IMG/VR virus record: IMGVR_UViG_3300037350_000023 | Coordinates: 1-38,355 of that record | Origin: a virus | Taxonomy: Duplodnaviria; Caudoviricetes | Length of the DNA: 38,355 nt | Strand: one strand, 5' to 3' | Part shown: piece after piece, positions 1-7,416 of the stretch | Position numbering within the stretch: position 1 is the first letter of the stretch | How the letters are laid out: each line of letters starts with the position of its first letter | Made by a program: the position numbers and the translations under genes | The notes under the pieces: model-generated | Seen by the model: only the letters and a program-made list of their open reading frames with translations | Database searches by the model: none | What the model was told of the DNA's origin: nothing

Positions 1-11
1 GGAGATCAAGC

Positions 12-137
12 CATGACCACCGACGACAAGAGCCGGGCGGCGTTTGAGAAGTGGATGTCAGATGATGGGATATCACCACGTGCTGTGGAGAGAAGCTCAG
101 ATGGATATTATAAGCTGATGCACACATCAAATTCATG
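12..137. repeat. 126-bp direct repeat, left copy (circularisation overlap)
   Basis: Identical to 38230..38355 (CATGACCACCGAC...AAATTCATG); bases 1..11 differ from those preceding the right copy. Confidence 0.95.
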
Positions 138-357
138 GACAGCATGGTCCGCAGCCATCGCCTACGCCAGCGCCGAGCAGAAAGCACTTTTAGAGGTCGT
201 TCGGCAGGAATATAGAGCAGCCGAGATGTCGGCGGCAATTATGCGCGACCCCCAACGAACTGGCGGATGGATCGGAGCGGAACGCACAGCACAGGCTTTC
301 GACCGTATCGCGCGTAAACTTAAATCCGCCTTAGCCGCAGAGGGGCAACGCCAATGA
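13..357 (+). CDS. hypothetical early protein
   Basis: 114-aa ORF, GGAG RBS, ATGA coupling to next gene; N-terminal 'RAAFEKW' motif common in small phage early proteins. Confidence 0.75.
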   Translation: MTTDDKSRAAFEKWMSDDGISPRAVERSSDGYYKLMHTSNSWTAWSAAIAYASAEQKALLEVVRQEYRAAEMSAAIMRDPQRTGGWIGAERTAQAFDRIARKLKSALAAEGQRQ

Positions 358-575
358 CCGTACTGACGCCGGAGCAGGCGCGCGTGAAGCTGAAGCAAGC
401 ATGCCTGATGCAAGCGCCTGAGATGTTCGAGGTGCTGCAGGATTTCGGCGACACCATCGACGCGCTGCGGGCTGAGTTAGCTGCCGTTTATAAGGCTAAT
501 GCAACGCAGCACCTCACCAGTATCACTGATGAAGACATGCGCGATGCAATGAGCGGATTAGGACACAAGCCATGA
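354..575 (+). CDS. hypothetical early protein
   Basis: 73-aa ORF coupled by ATGA overlaps on both sides. Confidence 0.7.
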   Translation: MTVLTPEQARVKLKQACLMQAPEMFEVLQDFGDTIDALRAELAAVYKANATQHLTSITDEDMRDAMSGLGHKP

Positions 576-787
576 CCGACAACGAGCGCGAGAAGATTTT
601 CTGGCAGGTGATCGACAACGTCATTGAGTCCGGCAAGTGCCGTAAGAACAGTCACGAAGCTGGGCATGCGCACAATATCGCGCTCTATGCCCTTGAAGTG
701 GCCGCGCCTGAACTTAAGAAGATGATCGGCGCCGCCCTCGCGCAGCCGGTCGCGGCGGTGGGGGATGAGGATAAGTCAGATGCTTGA
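572..787 (+). CDS. hypothetical early protein
   Basis: 71-aa ORF coupled to upstream gene. Confidence 0.7.
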   Translation: MTDNEREKIFWQVIDNVIESGKCRKNSHEAGHAHNIALYALEVAAPELKKMIGAALAQPVAAVGDEDKSDA

Positions 788-1295
788 CGGCTATCGTAAC
801 ATGGTTGGCTATGAAGGAAAGTACCTCATCAACGATGAGGGTAACATCTTCAGTTTGCGCCGGAAGAAGCCAATCAAACTAAGAAAGAACGCCAAAGGTT
901 ATTTAATATTTTCAGTTTATTTCCCTGAGGGGAAACGTAAGATTTTCGCTCATAGAGCCGTACTTGAAGCATTTGTCGGGCCGCGTCCTGATAGACATAT
1001 CTGCAGGCATAAGGATGGTAATCCATCTAACAATCATGTCAGCAATTTGGAGTGGGGGACTTATCGGCAGAATGAAGCTGATAAGATCCTTCATGGAACA
1101 GTCAGGAAGGGATCTATGAATAGTCAGGCAAGGATCACAGAAGAAATCGCCTTACAGATTGCTAATGCGAATGGTAGCCAACTTTCTATCGCTGCTCGTT
1201 TTGGCGTTGGTAGATTTGTTGTCAGGGGCATCAAGTCTGGTGATACTTGGGGCTGGCTAACCGGGGTCAAGTCAATAAAGGAAGCAAAGCCATGA
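780..1295 (+). CDS. NUMOD4-HNH homing endonuclease
   Basis: N-terminal GYEGKYLINDEGNIFS (NUMOD4), HRAVLEAFVG...CRHKDGNPSNNHVSNLEW (HNH), C-terminal HTH; start moved to ATG 780 after GAGG RBS; AT-richer than flanks. Confidence 0.9.
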   Translation: MLDGYRNMVGYEGKYLINDEGNIFSLRRKKPIKLRKNAKGYLIFSVYFPEGKRKIFAHRAVLEAFVGPRPDRHICRHKDGNPSNNHVSNLEWGTYRQNEADKILHGTVRKGSMNSQARITEEIALQIANANGSQLSIAARFGVGRFVVRGIKSGDTWGWLTGVKSIKEAKP

Positions 1296-1609
1296 CCCCC
1301 ATCCTTGACGCCCATGGCCGCGCGTGGAAGCTGGTACCGGTGGAGGCTACGGTGCAGATGCTGACGGCAGGCGCAGAGAAGTTGCCGGATTATGACCCAG
1401 GCTGCGATAACGCTGAAGACTGCTATAATGCCATGCTGCAAGCCGCCCCAGTCTTCCAGGCGGGTGAGGGATTGCGGTTATCGTTGGCCGAAGCATTGCG
1501 CGGGAACGCTACAGCACCATGGGATGGTCTAGCAGACTGGACAAAGCGTTGGTATTTATCGATGGCTGATCTCGCTATTGCTCACATCTTCGGAGGCAAG
1601 CATGAGTGA
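1292..1609 (+). CDS. hypothetical early protein
   Basis: WKLVPVEAT.QML...YNAMLQAAP motif typical of small phage early proteins; ATGA coupling. Confidence 0.75.
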   Translation: MTPILDAHGRAWKLVPVEATVQMLTAGAEKLPDYDPGCDNAEDCYNAMLQAAPVFQAGEGLRLSLAEALRGNATAPWDGLADWTKRWYLSMADLAIAHIFGGKHE

Positions 1610-1883
1610 TTTGGTAGAGCGGTTGCGGGCGCCATACCCGTCTATGGATTCAGCTATCAATCTGATGGACGACGCCGCCGACGAGACCGAGCGGCTGCGG
1701 AAGGAAGTACAGCGATTAGAGACTGGTGAAGCTGTATGCCGTGCATACGCCTGTGGTGCCCAATCGATGCGGGATCGATGCATTAAATCCGTTGACGAGA
1801 TGGTGGCTGACATCCCGTATAAAATAGTAATCAAAGCAGCATTAAACGTAATCCCGTTGATGGACTTGAAGCGCGGGGAGTAG
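1602..1883 (+). CDS. hypothetical early protein
   Basis: MSDLVERLR...AADETERLR motif; GGAGG RBS. Confidence 0.75.
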   Translation: MSDLVERLRAPYPSMDSAINLMDDAADETERLRKEVQRLETGEAVCRAYACGAQSMRDRCIKSVDEMVADIPYKIVIKAALNVIPLMDLKRGE

Positions 1884-1994
1884 AGGGGTAAGGTTGGAGT
1901 TCTGGCGTGGTCTATGGCTGACCATGTGACGCCACGCACCGCCCGTGGCCAGAGAAGGCGGCAATTCAGAAGCAGAAGATAACAGGAGACAGAC

Positions 1995-2258
1995 ATGCTT
2001 ACAGTGAAGTTTTATTCAGAAATTTCAGGACAATCCTGCAACATCTTTGAATGCGATCAAGTTTACGTCAACGTCAATCCTGACAATGCAGCTGTTGCTG
2101 ATGTATCCGTTATGCGTGACGGGCGACAATCTCACTTAATTGAGGTCAGCACAGACAGCGGATATCATTGGTCAATTGCGTATGTAGAGAACGCGGCCGG
2201 TAAGACCATTGAAACTATCCGGCCGCCACAACCAAAGCAACAGCTTCATGTAGCATAA
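1995..2258 (+). CDS. hypothetical protein
   Basis: 87-aa beta-rich ORF with AGGAG RBS, C-terminal AYVENAAGKTIE; structured spacers on both sides. Confidence 0.75.
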   Translation: MLTVKFYSEISGQSCNIFECDQVYVNVNPDNAAVADVSVMRDGRQSHLIEVSTDSGYHWSIAYVENAAGKTIETIRPPQPKQQLHVA

Positions 2259-2263
2259 TTCAA

Positions 2264-2368
2264 TTCGCCCTAGGGCGAAGGTGCGGGCCGAGCAGTAGTG
2301 AGTGAAGCCGGCGTGGCTGCTATAGCGTGGTCGGATAGACCTCACAACATAACCCCGGCCCCGCACCA
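2264..2368 (+). ncRNA. candidate structured RNA (palindrome plus multibranch stem ending in CCA)
   Basis: TTCGCCCTAGGGCGAA palindrome; GGTGCGGGCCG/CGGCCCCGCACC outer stem; inner GTGAG/CTCAC, AGCC/GGCT and GGTC/GACC pairings. Confidence 0.4.
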
Positions 2369-2386
2369 ACTATCGGAGAGGATGAG

Positions 2387-2620
2387 ATGACGGTTCGCAT
2401 CGAAGACATTGGCGATTATTTGACTGTCAAAATAGAATTAGTGCCACGGGACAAGGCAATGCGGCGATCTAAATTTCTCGCCATGGCCCGCATGTATGAA
2501 AAGTTGGCGGAGGACGCGTTGCCTGATAAAATGCATCCTAGAGATATCGGCATACAGGTTCGTGGCATAATGACTGAGGATGATCTTGGCCTACCCCACA
2601 CCCGCAGCGATGGGGAGTGA
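2387..2620 (+). CDS. hypothetical protein
   Basis: 77-aa ORF with GGAGAGG RBS. Confidence 0.7.
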   Translation: MTVRIEDIGDYLTVKIELVPRDKAMRRSKFLAMARMYEKLAEDALPDKMHPRDIGIQVRGIMTEDDLGLPHTRSDGE

Positions 2621-2928
2621 GGGGGATGAGTGAGGATGAGAAGGCTGCGTTTGAGGCAGCTTACAAAGAGGCTTTCGGAGACAAATACAAAAAGCCTTCG
2701 CGCGCTCAGAAAAGCCAGATCAGCTATCATAAGAACGCAGCACTATGGGGCTATAAGACTGCTATCGCTTATTTTTCAAAAGATTCTTTTGCCTGCTCAA
2801 TTATTAAAAGCAGAACTAATGCTGACACTCCGGCGGATTGCAACTGGCCTCTATGCGGATGTGATCCTAAGGCGTCTAAAGTATGCGAGGCGCTGGAAGA
2901 AATGGGCCTCATACCAGACCATGAATAA
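2617..2928 (+). CDS. hypothetical protein with C-terminal Cys cluster
   Basis: PADCNWPLCGCDP motif; last gene of the + arm. Confidence 0.7.
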   Translation: MRGMSEDEKAAFEAAYKEAFGDKYKKPSRAQKSQISYHKNAALWGYKTAIAYFSKDSFACSIIKSRTNADTPADCNWPLCGCDPKASKVCEALEEMGLIPDHE

Positions 2929-2962
2929 AACAAAAACCCCGCCATCTCTGACGGGGTTCTGT
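2926..2962. terminator. probable bidirectional intrinsic terminator
   Basis: AACCCCG/CGGGGTT stem with A-tract on the left and TTCTGT on the right, at the convergence of the two arms. Confidence 0.7.
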
Positions 2963-3012
2963 CGGCCATCTTACGACGACCTCGTAGGTTCGTACCAGCA
3001 GCTATACTACCA

Positions 3013-3309
3013 TCAAGCCCAGGTAATCTCAAGGCTCGCCGGAGCGCCGGCAACAGCCTGTGTCACGGTAACGGTGGCAGTCGCAGTAAGGCCACTGGAC
3101 GTGACCACAATCGTGTCAGAACCGACCGCCAGGGCCGTTACGACGGCAGACAGGCCATCGGTAGCCACGGTACCCGAGATGACGCCAGCAGAGCCGAAAT
3201 TCCACACGGGAACGTCGGTCGGCTTGGTCGGAAGGCCGGCCGCATCCTTGAAGTTCAGGACGGCAGTGTGAGTGACGGGGTCGTTCTGGGGAAAGCTGAT
3301 ATCAGCCAT
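3013..3309 (-). CDS. Ig-like (Big_2-like) beta-sandwich protein
   Basis: W...G.SAVVTALAVGSDTIVVT..G.TATATVTVT pattern; GGAG RBS; no signal peptide. Confidence 0.7.
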   Translation of the reverse strand: MADISFPQNDPVTHTAVLNFKDAAGLPTKPTDVPVWNFGSAGVISGTVATDGLSAVVTALAVGSDTIVVTSSGLTATATVTVTQAVAGAPASLEITWA

Positions 3310-3313
3310 GGTG

Positions 3314-3433
3314 TTATCTCCAATCGATTGTGAGGGAAGCAGGTTTACGGGAATGGTGGTGACAAGGCCGCAGCCACCAGAAGGCGGCAGCGATCCAGGT
3401 GCAGAGAATAACGAAGAGAAGTTTCAGGGTCAT
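3314..3433 (-). CDS. 39-aa membrane peptide MTLKLLFVILCTWIAAAFWWLRPCHHHSRKPASLTIDWR (not in ORF track)
   Basis: Translated by hand; ATGA overlap with upstream stop, fills the gap to the Ig-like gene. Confidence 0.6.
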   Translation of the reverse strand: MTLKLLFVILCTWIAAAFWWLRPCHHHSRKPASLTIDWR

Positions 3434-3678
3434 GACTTCGGTCCGAGTTGCATGGGAGCACCGGTAGCAATCCCCGCTGCATGCGCTTTTGCCTCGATGC
3501 TTTTTTGCAGCGTCTCGATGGCATCGTCGATAGCCTGCAACACGGCACGGTCAACGTCAGGCCTGCCAGGCTGCTGCAATGCCTTCTTGGTCTCAAAGAG
3601 CGCCTGAATAATCGGGTATTCCTCGACGCCGAACTTCAAAAGCATGGTGACGAGACTGGCAATCGTTAACGGGTCCAT
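3430..3678 (-). CDS. helical lysis-region protein
   Basis: 82-aa ORF with amphipathic N-terminus, directly after the lipoprotein gene. Confidence 0.7.
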   Translation of the reverse strand: MDPLTIASLVTMLLKFGVEEYPIIQALFETKKALQQPGRPDVDRAVLQAIDDAIETLQKSIEAKAHAAGIATGAPMQLGPKS

Positions 3679-3681
3679 GGC

Positions 3682-4110
3682 TTAATTCCCTACCTTGACG
3701 CCGAAAGAGTTCAGAACGTCCGAAGCATGGCCAATGGCTGCCTGAGCAGCGGCGGCATATCCGGTAACGCCTGAGGGGTCACAGTGTTCCCCAGCGGGGT
3801 TATCTGGAGCATCGACAATCTTGCCTGTTGCCGGATCGCGAATGCAATCAAGGGCGGCCGCATTGAGCTTGTGCATGGCATCCGTGGCAGCACGGCTTGA
3901 AACAGCGATCTGCTGCTTCACAGTCGCAGATAGCTGCGGCGCATCCATGGCATTGTCGGCAGCGGTCAGGAGAGCTTGGTAGCCGGTATCGACGAGCTTT
4001 GCCTGCTCACGCGGGCTAGGCGGCGGTACAGTCGGGTCTGCCTGCTTGCCGGCGCAAGCGGCCAGTAGCAATGCGCTCGAGAGCGCGAGAACGGTTAAAC
4101 GCATCGTCAT
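3682..4110 (-). CDS. lipoprotein, possibly spanin-like
   Basis: Signal peptide with LAAC lipobox, Pro-rich linker, helical body with two extra Cys; downstream of endolysin and holin. Confidence 0.75.
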   Translation of the reverse strand: MTMRLTVLALSSALLLAACAGKQADPTVPPPSPREQAKLVDTGYQALLTAADNAMDAPQLSATVKQQIAVSSRAATDAMHKLNAAALDCIRDPATGKIVDAPDNPAGEHCDPSGVTGYAAAAQAAIGHASDVLNSFGVKVGN

Positions 4111-4358
4111 TCCTTCGTTACCTGGGTTCCACGGATGCTGAAGCTTGACCACCAGGTCAAAGCACCAGCGGCGGCTAGTCCAATGTACAAATCCTGTGTG
4201 TCAGTCGGCATCGGGAAGGCCGGCCAGATTGCCTGGATGACCGTCGCCAGATACCCGATTACTCCCGCAACCACGATAGGCGTCGCCACCGTGTTACCTG
4301 TCGCCACAATCGACCGTGAATAGGTCGCCTGCGTTGGCGCTTGTTTCTCTTCGGCCAT
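4107..4358 (-). CDS. putative holin (two TM segments)
   Basis: Two hydrophobic segments; adjacent to endolysin. Confidence 0.6.
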   Translation of the reverse strand: MAEEKQAPTQATYSRSIVATGNTVATPIVVAGVIGYLATVIQAIWPAFPMPTDTQDLYIGLAAAGALTWWSSFSIRGTQVTKE

Positions 4359-4838
4359 CTATTCCCCCATTACCTGTCGCCAGGTATCGATGAACTGCTG
4401 TATCTTATCAGATTCATTGCGTGAGTTATAGAACTTACCCCAGTAAGCGGCCATGGCTACGACATCGTCGCCAGCAGGCAATACTTCGGGACTTCTAAGG
4501 TATTTGATCCGAGCCATGGCGGCAGCATAGCGGTCGTGTGTAACAAGCCATTCCGCGTCTGGCGGTTCCGTCCTCTGAGCAACCACCAGCACTCTTCCCG
4601 CCAATACCGGCCTGTACCGTAGATAACTTTCCCATATGTCGTCATGTGTGATTGGCTCCATCTGAAATAGCCCCAGCGCCGGGCCGCCACCGATCTGTCG
4701 GCGCTGATACAGCTTGCTCTCTTGCAGCGCCGTTCCCAAGAGCAATTGACCAGCCGCAGGCGACCATAGGCTGATTGCCTGGATCGCCGGTTCGATGACA
4801 GTGTTCAGAAAGACTATTGCTGTCTGGCGATCTGTCAT
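4359..4838 (-). CDS. putative endolysin (lysozyme-like/transglycosylase fold)
   Basis: LLLGTALQES catalytic Glu motif, GPALGLFQMEP, YWGKFYN; ATGA-coupled start at 4838. Confidence 0.75.
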   Translation of the reverse strand: MTDRQTAIVFLNTVIEPAIQAISLWSPAAGQLLLGTALQESKLYQRRQIGGGPALGLFQMEPITHDDIWESYLRYRPVLAGRVLVVAQRTEPPDAEWLVTHDRYAAAMARIKYLRSPEVLPAGDDVVAMAAYWGKFYNSRNESDKIQQFIDTWRQVMGE

Positions 4839-5191
4839 GGCTTCCCCGTCAGATACCGCATCATGTAATCCGCTCCCAGCATGATAAACGCCCCAGCTGC
4901 ACCCCAAACCAGCTTGATCACCTGAAAGCCGCCATCTTCACGAAGCTTCCGTTGCTCCAGCAGATCTACGCGATGGTTAATGGTATCCAATTCCTTCATC
5001 ATTTGATCAAGCAACTTTGCCTGATTCTCTCCGGCAATTATGCCGCGATCCATGGTGACGATGACGTCTTGCAACTGAGACCGGAAAGCGTGGCGTATGG
5101 CCGCGTCGGTTTCTTCTTTATGCTTATAGTCGCGGATATGCTCGGACAGCCGTTCGTGTAGGGCCCGGATCTTTTCTGCCAGAACATCCAT
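4835..5191 (-). CDS. coiled-coil protein with C-terminal TM (holin/XhlA-like architecture)
   Basis: Heptad-rich body followed by a hydrophobic C-terminus. Confidence 0.65.
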   Translation of the reverse strand: MDVLAEKIRALHERLSEHIRDYKHKEETDAAIRHAFRSQLQDVIVTMDRGIIAGENQAKLLDQMMKELDTINHRVDLLEQRKLREDGGFQVIKLVWGAAGAFIMLGADYMMRYLTGKP

Positions 5192-5334
5192 TGTCACCCC
5201 GAACTCATGCCGCCTGCAGGCGTTACACCTGCATGGAAACGCTGCTGATCATCAGCCAGACGGTCAACGTCCTGCCACAAAGCCTGCTGGCGGAAGCAAC
5301 TGAGCATGCGCGCTATCTCATGCATGCCGCATAC

Positions 5335-5580
5335 TTACGGTTTAACTGCCGCAATTACAGTCCCAAGAATTCCCATGACCTTGCCTGCCACAACGCCACC
5401 GGTAGCACCAATTGCCAGTACCGCACCACGAAGCTGCCAACGGCTCGCATTAAGAGAATCAACCTTGCCTTCGATACGCTTGACATCGTCCTTTAAATCC
5501 TTCTGGTCATCCCGCATGTTACGCATACCTTCGCGCAACTCACCGATGGCCCCGGATATTTCGTCGAGCTGCGCCCCCAT
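5335..5580 (-). CDS. coiled-coil protein with C-terminal TM (holin/XhlA-like architecture)
   Basis: DLKDDVKRIEGKVDSL coiled coil followed by a Gly-rich hydrophobic tail. Confidence 0.65.
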   Translation of the reverse strand: MGAQLDEISGAIGELREGMRNMRDDQKDLKDDVKRIEGKVDSLNASRWQLRGAVLAIGATGGVVAGKVMGILGTVIAAVKP

Positions 5581-5593
5581 TGTTCCCCCATCT

Positions 5594-7126
5594 TCAGATC
5601 GTGTACCAGTTAACATTAATGCGTACGGGATTAGTCGCCGAAAACGACTTGTAGAAAAGAGCCTGACTGTTCAAAAGCGGCAGCTCAAATGACATGACGG
5701 CATTAAAGCTGTTGAAGCTCGAAGCCTGGCTAACACCCAGCGCATAGACTTCAGTCCCCAAGCCACCTGGGTCAGGCGACAGCGAAACCGCAAACGTCGA
5801 GCTGTTGGGCGAACCAACATTACCGCCGAATGAGGTGGCATTCGTTGGGATCGCTGTCACGGTGACAGAGGTGTAAGTCGTCGGGACTGAGGCCGTGATA
5901 TTGAGGATGTTAGTTGACGGAATCCATATCTTGCGGTCTTTCTGGACGCAAACCTGAAGATTCGTTGAAGTTGTCGGCCAAGTGGAAAGGAGCGCACTGG
6001 CGGTATATCCAGACGGCATATTCGCGCCAGAATAGATGCTACCTGAGCTTGTCGTTACATTACAGGCAAGAATGCTTTGTGTGTTAGTGGTTGGATTGTA
6101 AATCGCATAGATGCTAACGAAGCTGTTGCTGGGCGCAGAACCGACATCCATGCCCCCAGCGCCAGTGGTGCTGACGTTGAGCGTTTGCGCATAACTGGCG
6201 AGCTTATATTGCGTTCCACCTAATGCAGTCTCGGCGATGACCTCGTCGGCCTGCCAAGTACCAGTCGAGCCGACAGACGCCACAATACCGCGCATGTTGC
6301 GAACAGCCCCAACGACACCGAGAGCTGTGATTCCAGCATTCGCCTGCGCTGGTAACTGACGGAGATCATCGATAATGCTATTCGTAATTGTCGTTGTCGT
6401 GATCTGTAAACGGATGCGGGCAATAGGTAGCTTGCCAGAGATCATTGCAGGGTCAGACGGGCTGGCAGCTGGCGTACCAGTTACGACACCAACGACGCCA
6501 GTTGATTGATCAATATAGACAATGTCATTACGCGGGTTAACAACAGGTGCCGTAATTGTGCCCGTCGATTGCGCGGCAACAGCGGTTAGAGCGAGCGTGC
6601 CATAATTCTCGATTGTCCCCTTGGCAATCGCAACCGTCATGTTCGGTGTCGTCTGCTGGGTCGGCGCGAAGTTGCCGGCGATAGCACCAGACGCCGTGAT
6701 ATTAACCACAATCAGCGTGTCAGTGCCGCTGTCGTATTCCAATTCGACGTGATGCCCTGCCTGCCATTCACCGCCGCTCAGGGCAACAATGCCAGCTGTC
6801 GTCATGACATTAATTGCCTTGGCAGTAAGACTGCCAGGCGCCATCGTAGCAGCTGCGGCAGGCGCACTGTGCGCCTTGAATCGGAACGACAGGCCGTTGA
6901 CATAGGCTGGAGGAGCAACGGTATATGTCAGCGTGAAAGCGCTGGATGTGCCACCGCTCGTTACCGTCGCGTGGTTGCGGTCCCAATCGCGTTTCAGGGC
7001 GCCCATCATCTCACGGGCGCAATCGTTAACGGTGGAAGGTGCTTGGCCTTCGGGCCAGCCCGCAGGCGGCGTTACGTTGTTGCTGGCCGCTACTTCATTC
7101 CAGTCTGTCGTCTGGATATCACTCAT
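5594..7126 (-). CDS. tail fibre / receptor-binding protein
   Basis: N-terminal WPEGQAPSTVNDCAREMM anchor; T/S/A/V-rich; C-terminal ADEVIAETALGG...TTGAGGMDVGSAP...IYAIYNP fibre domain; position after ejection genes. Confidence 0.85.
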   Translation of the reverse strand: MSDIQTTDWNEVAASNNVTPPAGWPEGQAPSTVNDCAREMMGALKRDWDRNHATVTSGGTSSAFTLTYTVAPPAYVNGLSFRFKAHSAPAAAATMAPGSLTAKAINVMTTAGIVALSGGEWQAGHHVELEYDSGTDTLIVVNITASGAIAGNFAPTQQTTPNMTVAIAKGTIENYGTLALTAVAAQSTGTITAPVVNPRNDIVYIDQSTGVVGVVTGTPAASPSDPAMISGKLPIARIRLQITTTTITNSIIDDLRQLPAQANAGITALGVVGAVRNMRGIVASVGSTGTWQADEVIAETALGGTQYKLASYAQTLNVSTTGAGGMDVGSAPSNSFVSIYAIYNPTTNTQSILACNVTTSSGSIYSGANMPSGYTASALLSTWPTTSTNLQVCVQKDRKIWIPSTNILNITASVPTTYTSVTVTAIPTNATSFGGNVGSPNSSTFAVSLSPDPGGLGTEVYALGVSQASSFNSFNAVMSFELPLLNSQALFYKSFSATNPVRINVNWYTI

Positions 7127-7188
7127 TTCGCACCTTGCGGAATTGGGTTAACATAAACACCTCAGCTAAATCCTTTAGAAGGTGCGCC

Positions 7189-7416
7189 ATGGTAGATGAT
7201 CAAATCATTCGCTTAATCGTTGTTGCTGCCACTGCCGCTGTCGTTGCGCCAATTTTTGCAAAGAAAAAGCGCGAATCACGGCAAGAGGCCTTGACCATTC
7301 GCCGGACCCAAGAGCAGCGGAACGGCGGTTTGACCGATAGGGGTCAGAAGATTGCTAACCATGGGCGCAAGCTGGCGCATGGTCTGCGGGCGCTTGGTAA
7401 GTATATTCGCCATTAA
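7189..7416 (+). CDS. small antisense membrane protein, candidate superinfection exclusion
   Basis: AGAAGG RBS; ATG 7189; TM segment IIRLIVVAATAAVVAPIFA followed by KKKR; 75 aa. Confidence 0.5.
   Translation: MVDDQIIRLIVVAATAAVVAPIFAKKKRESRQEALTIRRTQEQRNGGLTDRGQKIANHGRKLAHGLRALGKYIRH

Noticed and set aside
780-1295. Group I intron around the HNH gene
   Set aside because: HNH overlaps both neighbouring ORFs, leaving no room for intron core elements; appears free-standing
2280-2368. Canonical tRNA gene
   Set aside because: No T-loop GTTC or proper D and anticodon arms; kept only as a tRNA-like candidate
2630-3271. 213-aa + strand ORF
   Set aside because: Crosses a terminator and overlaps two better-supported genes
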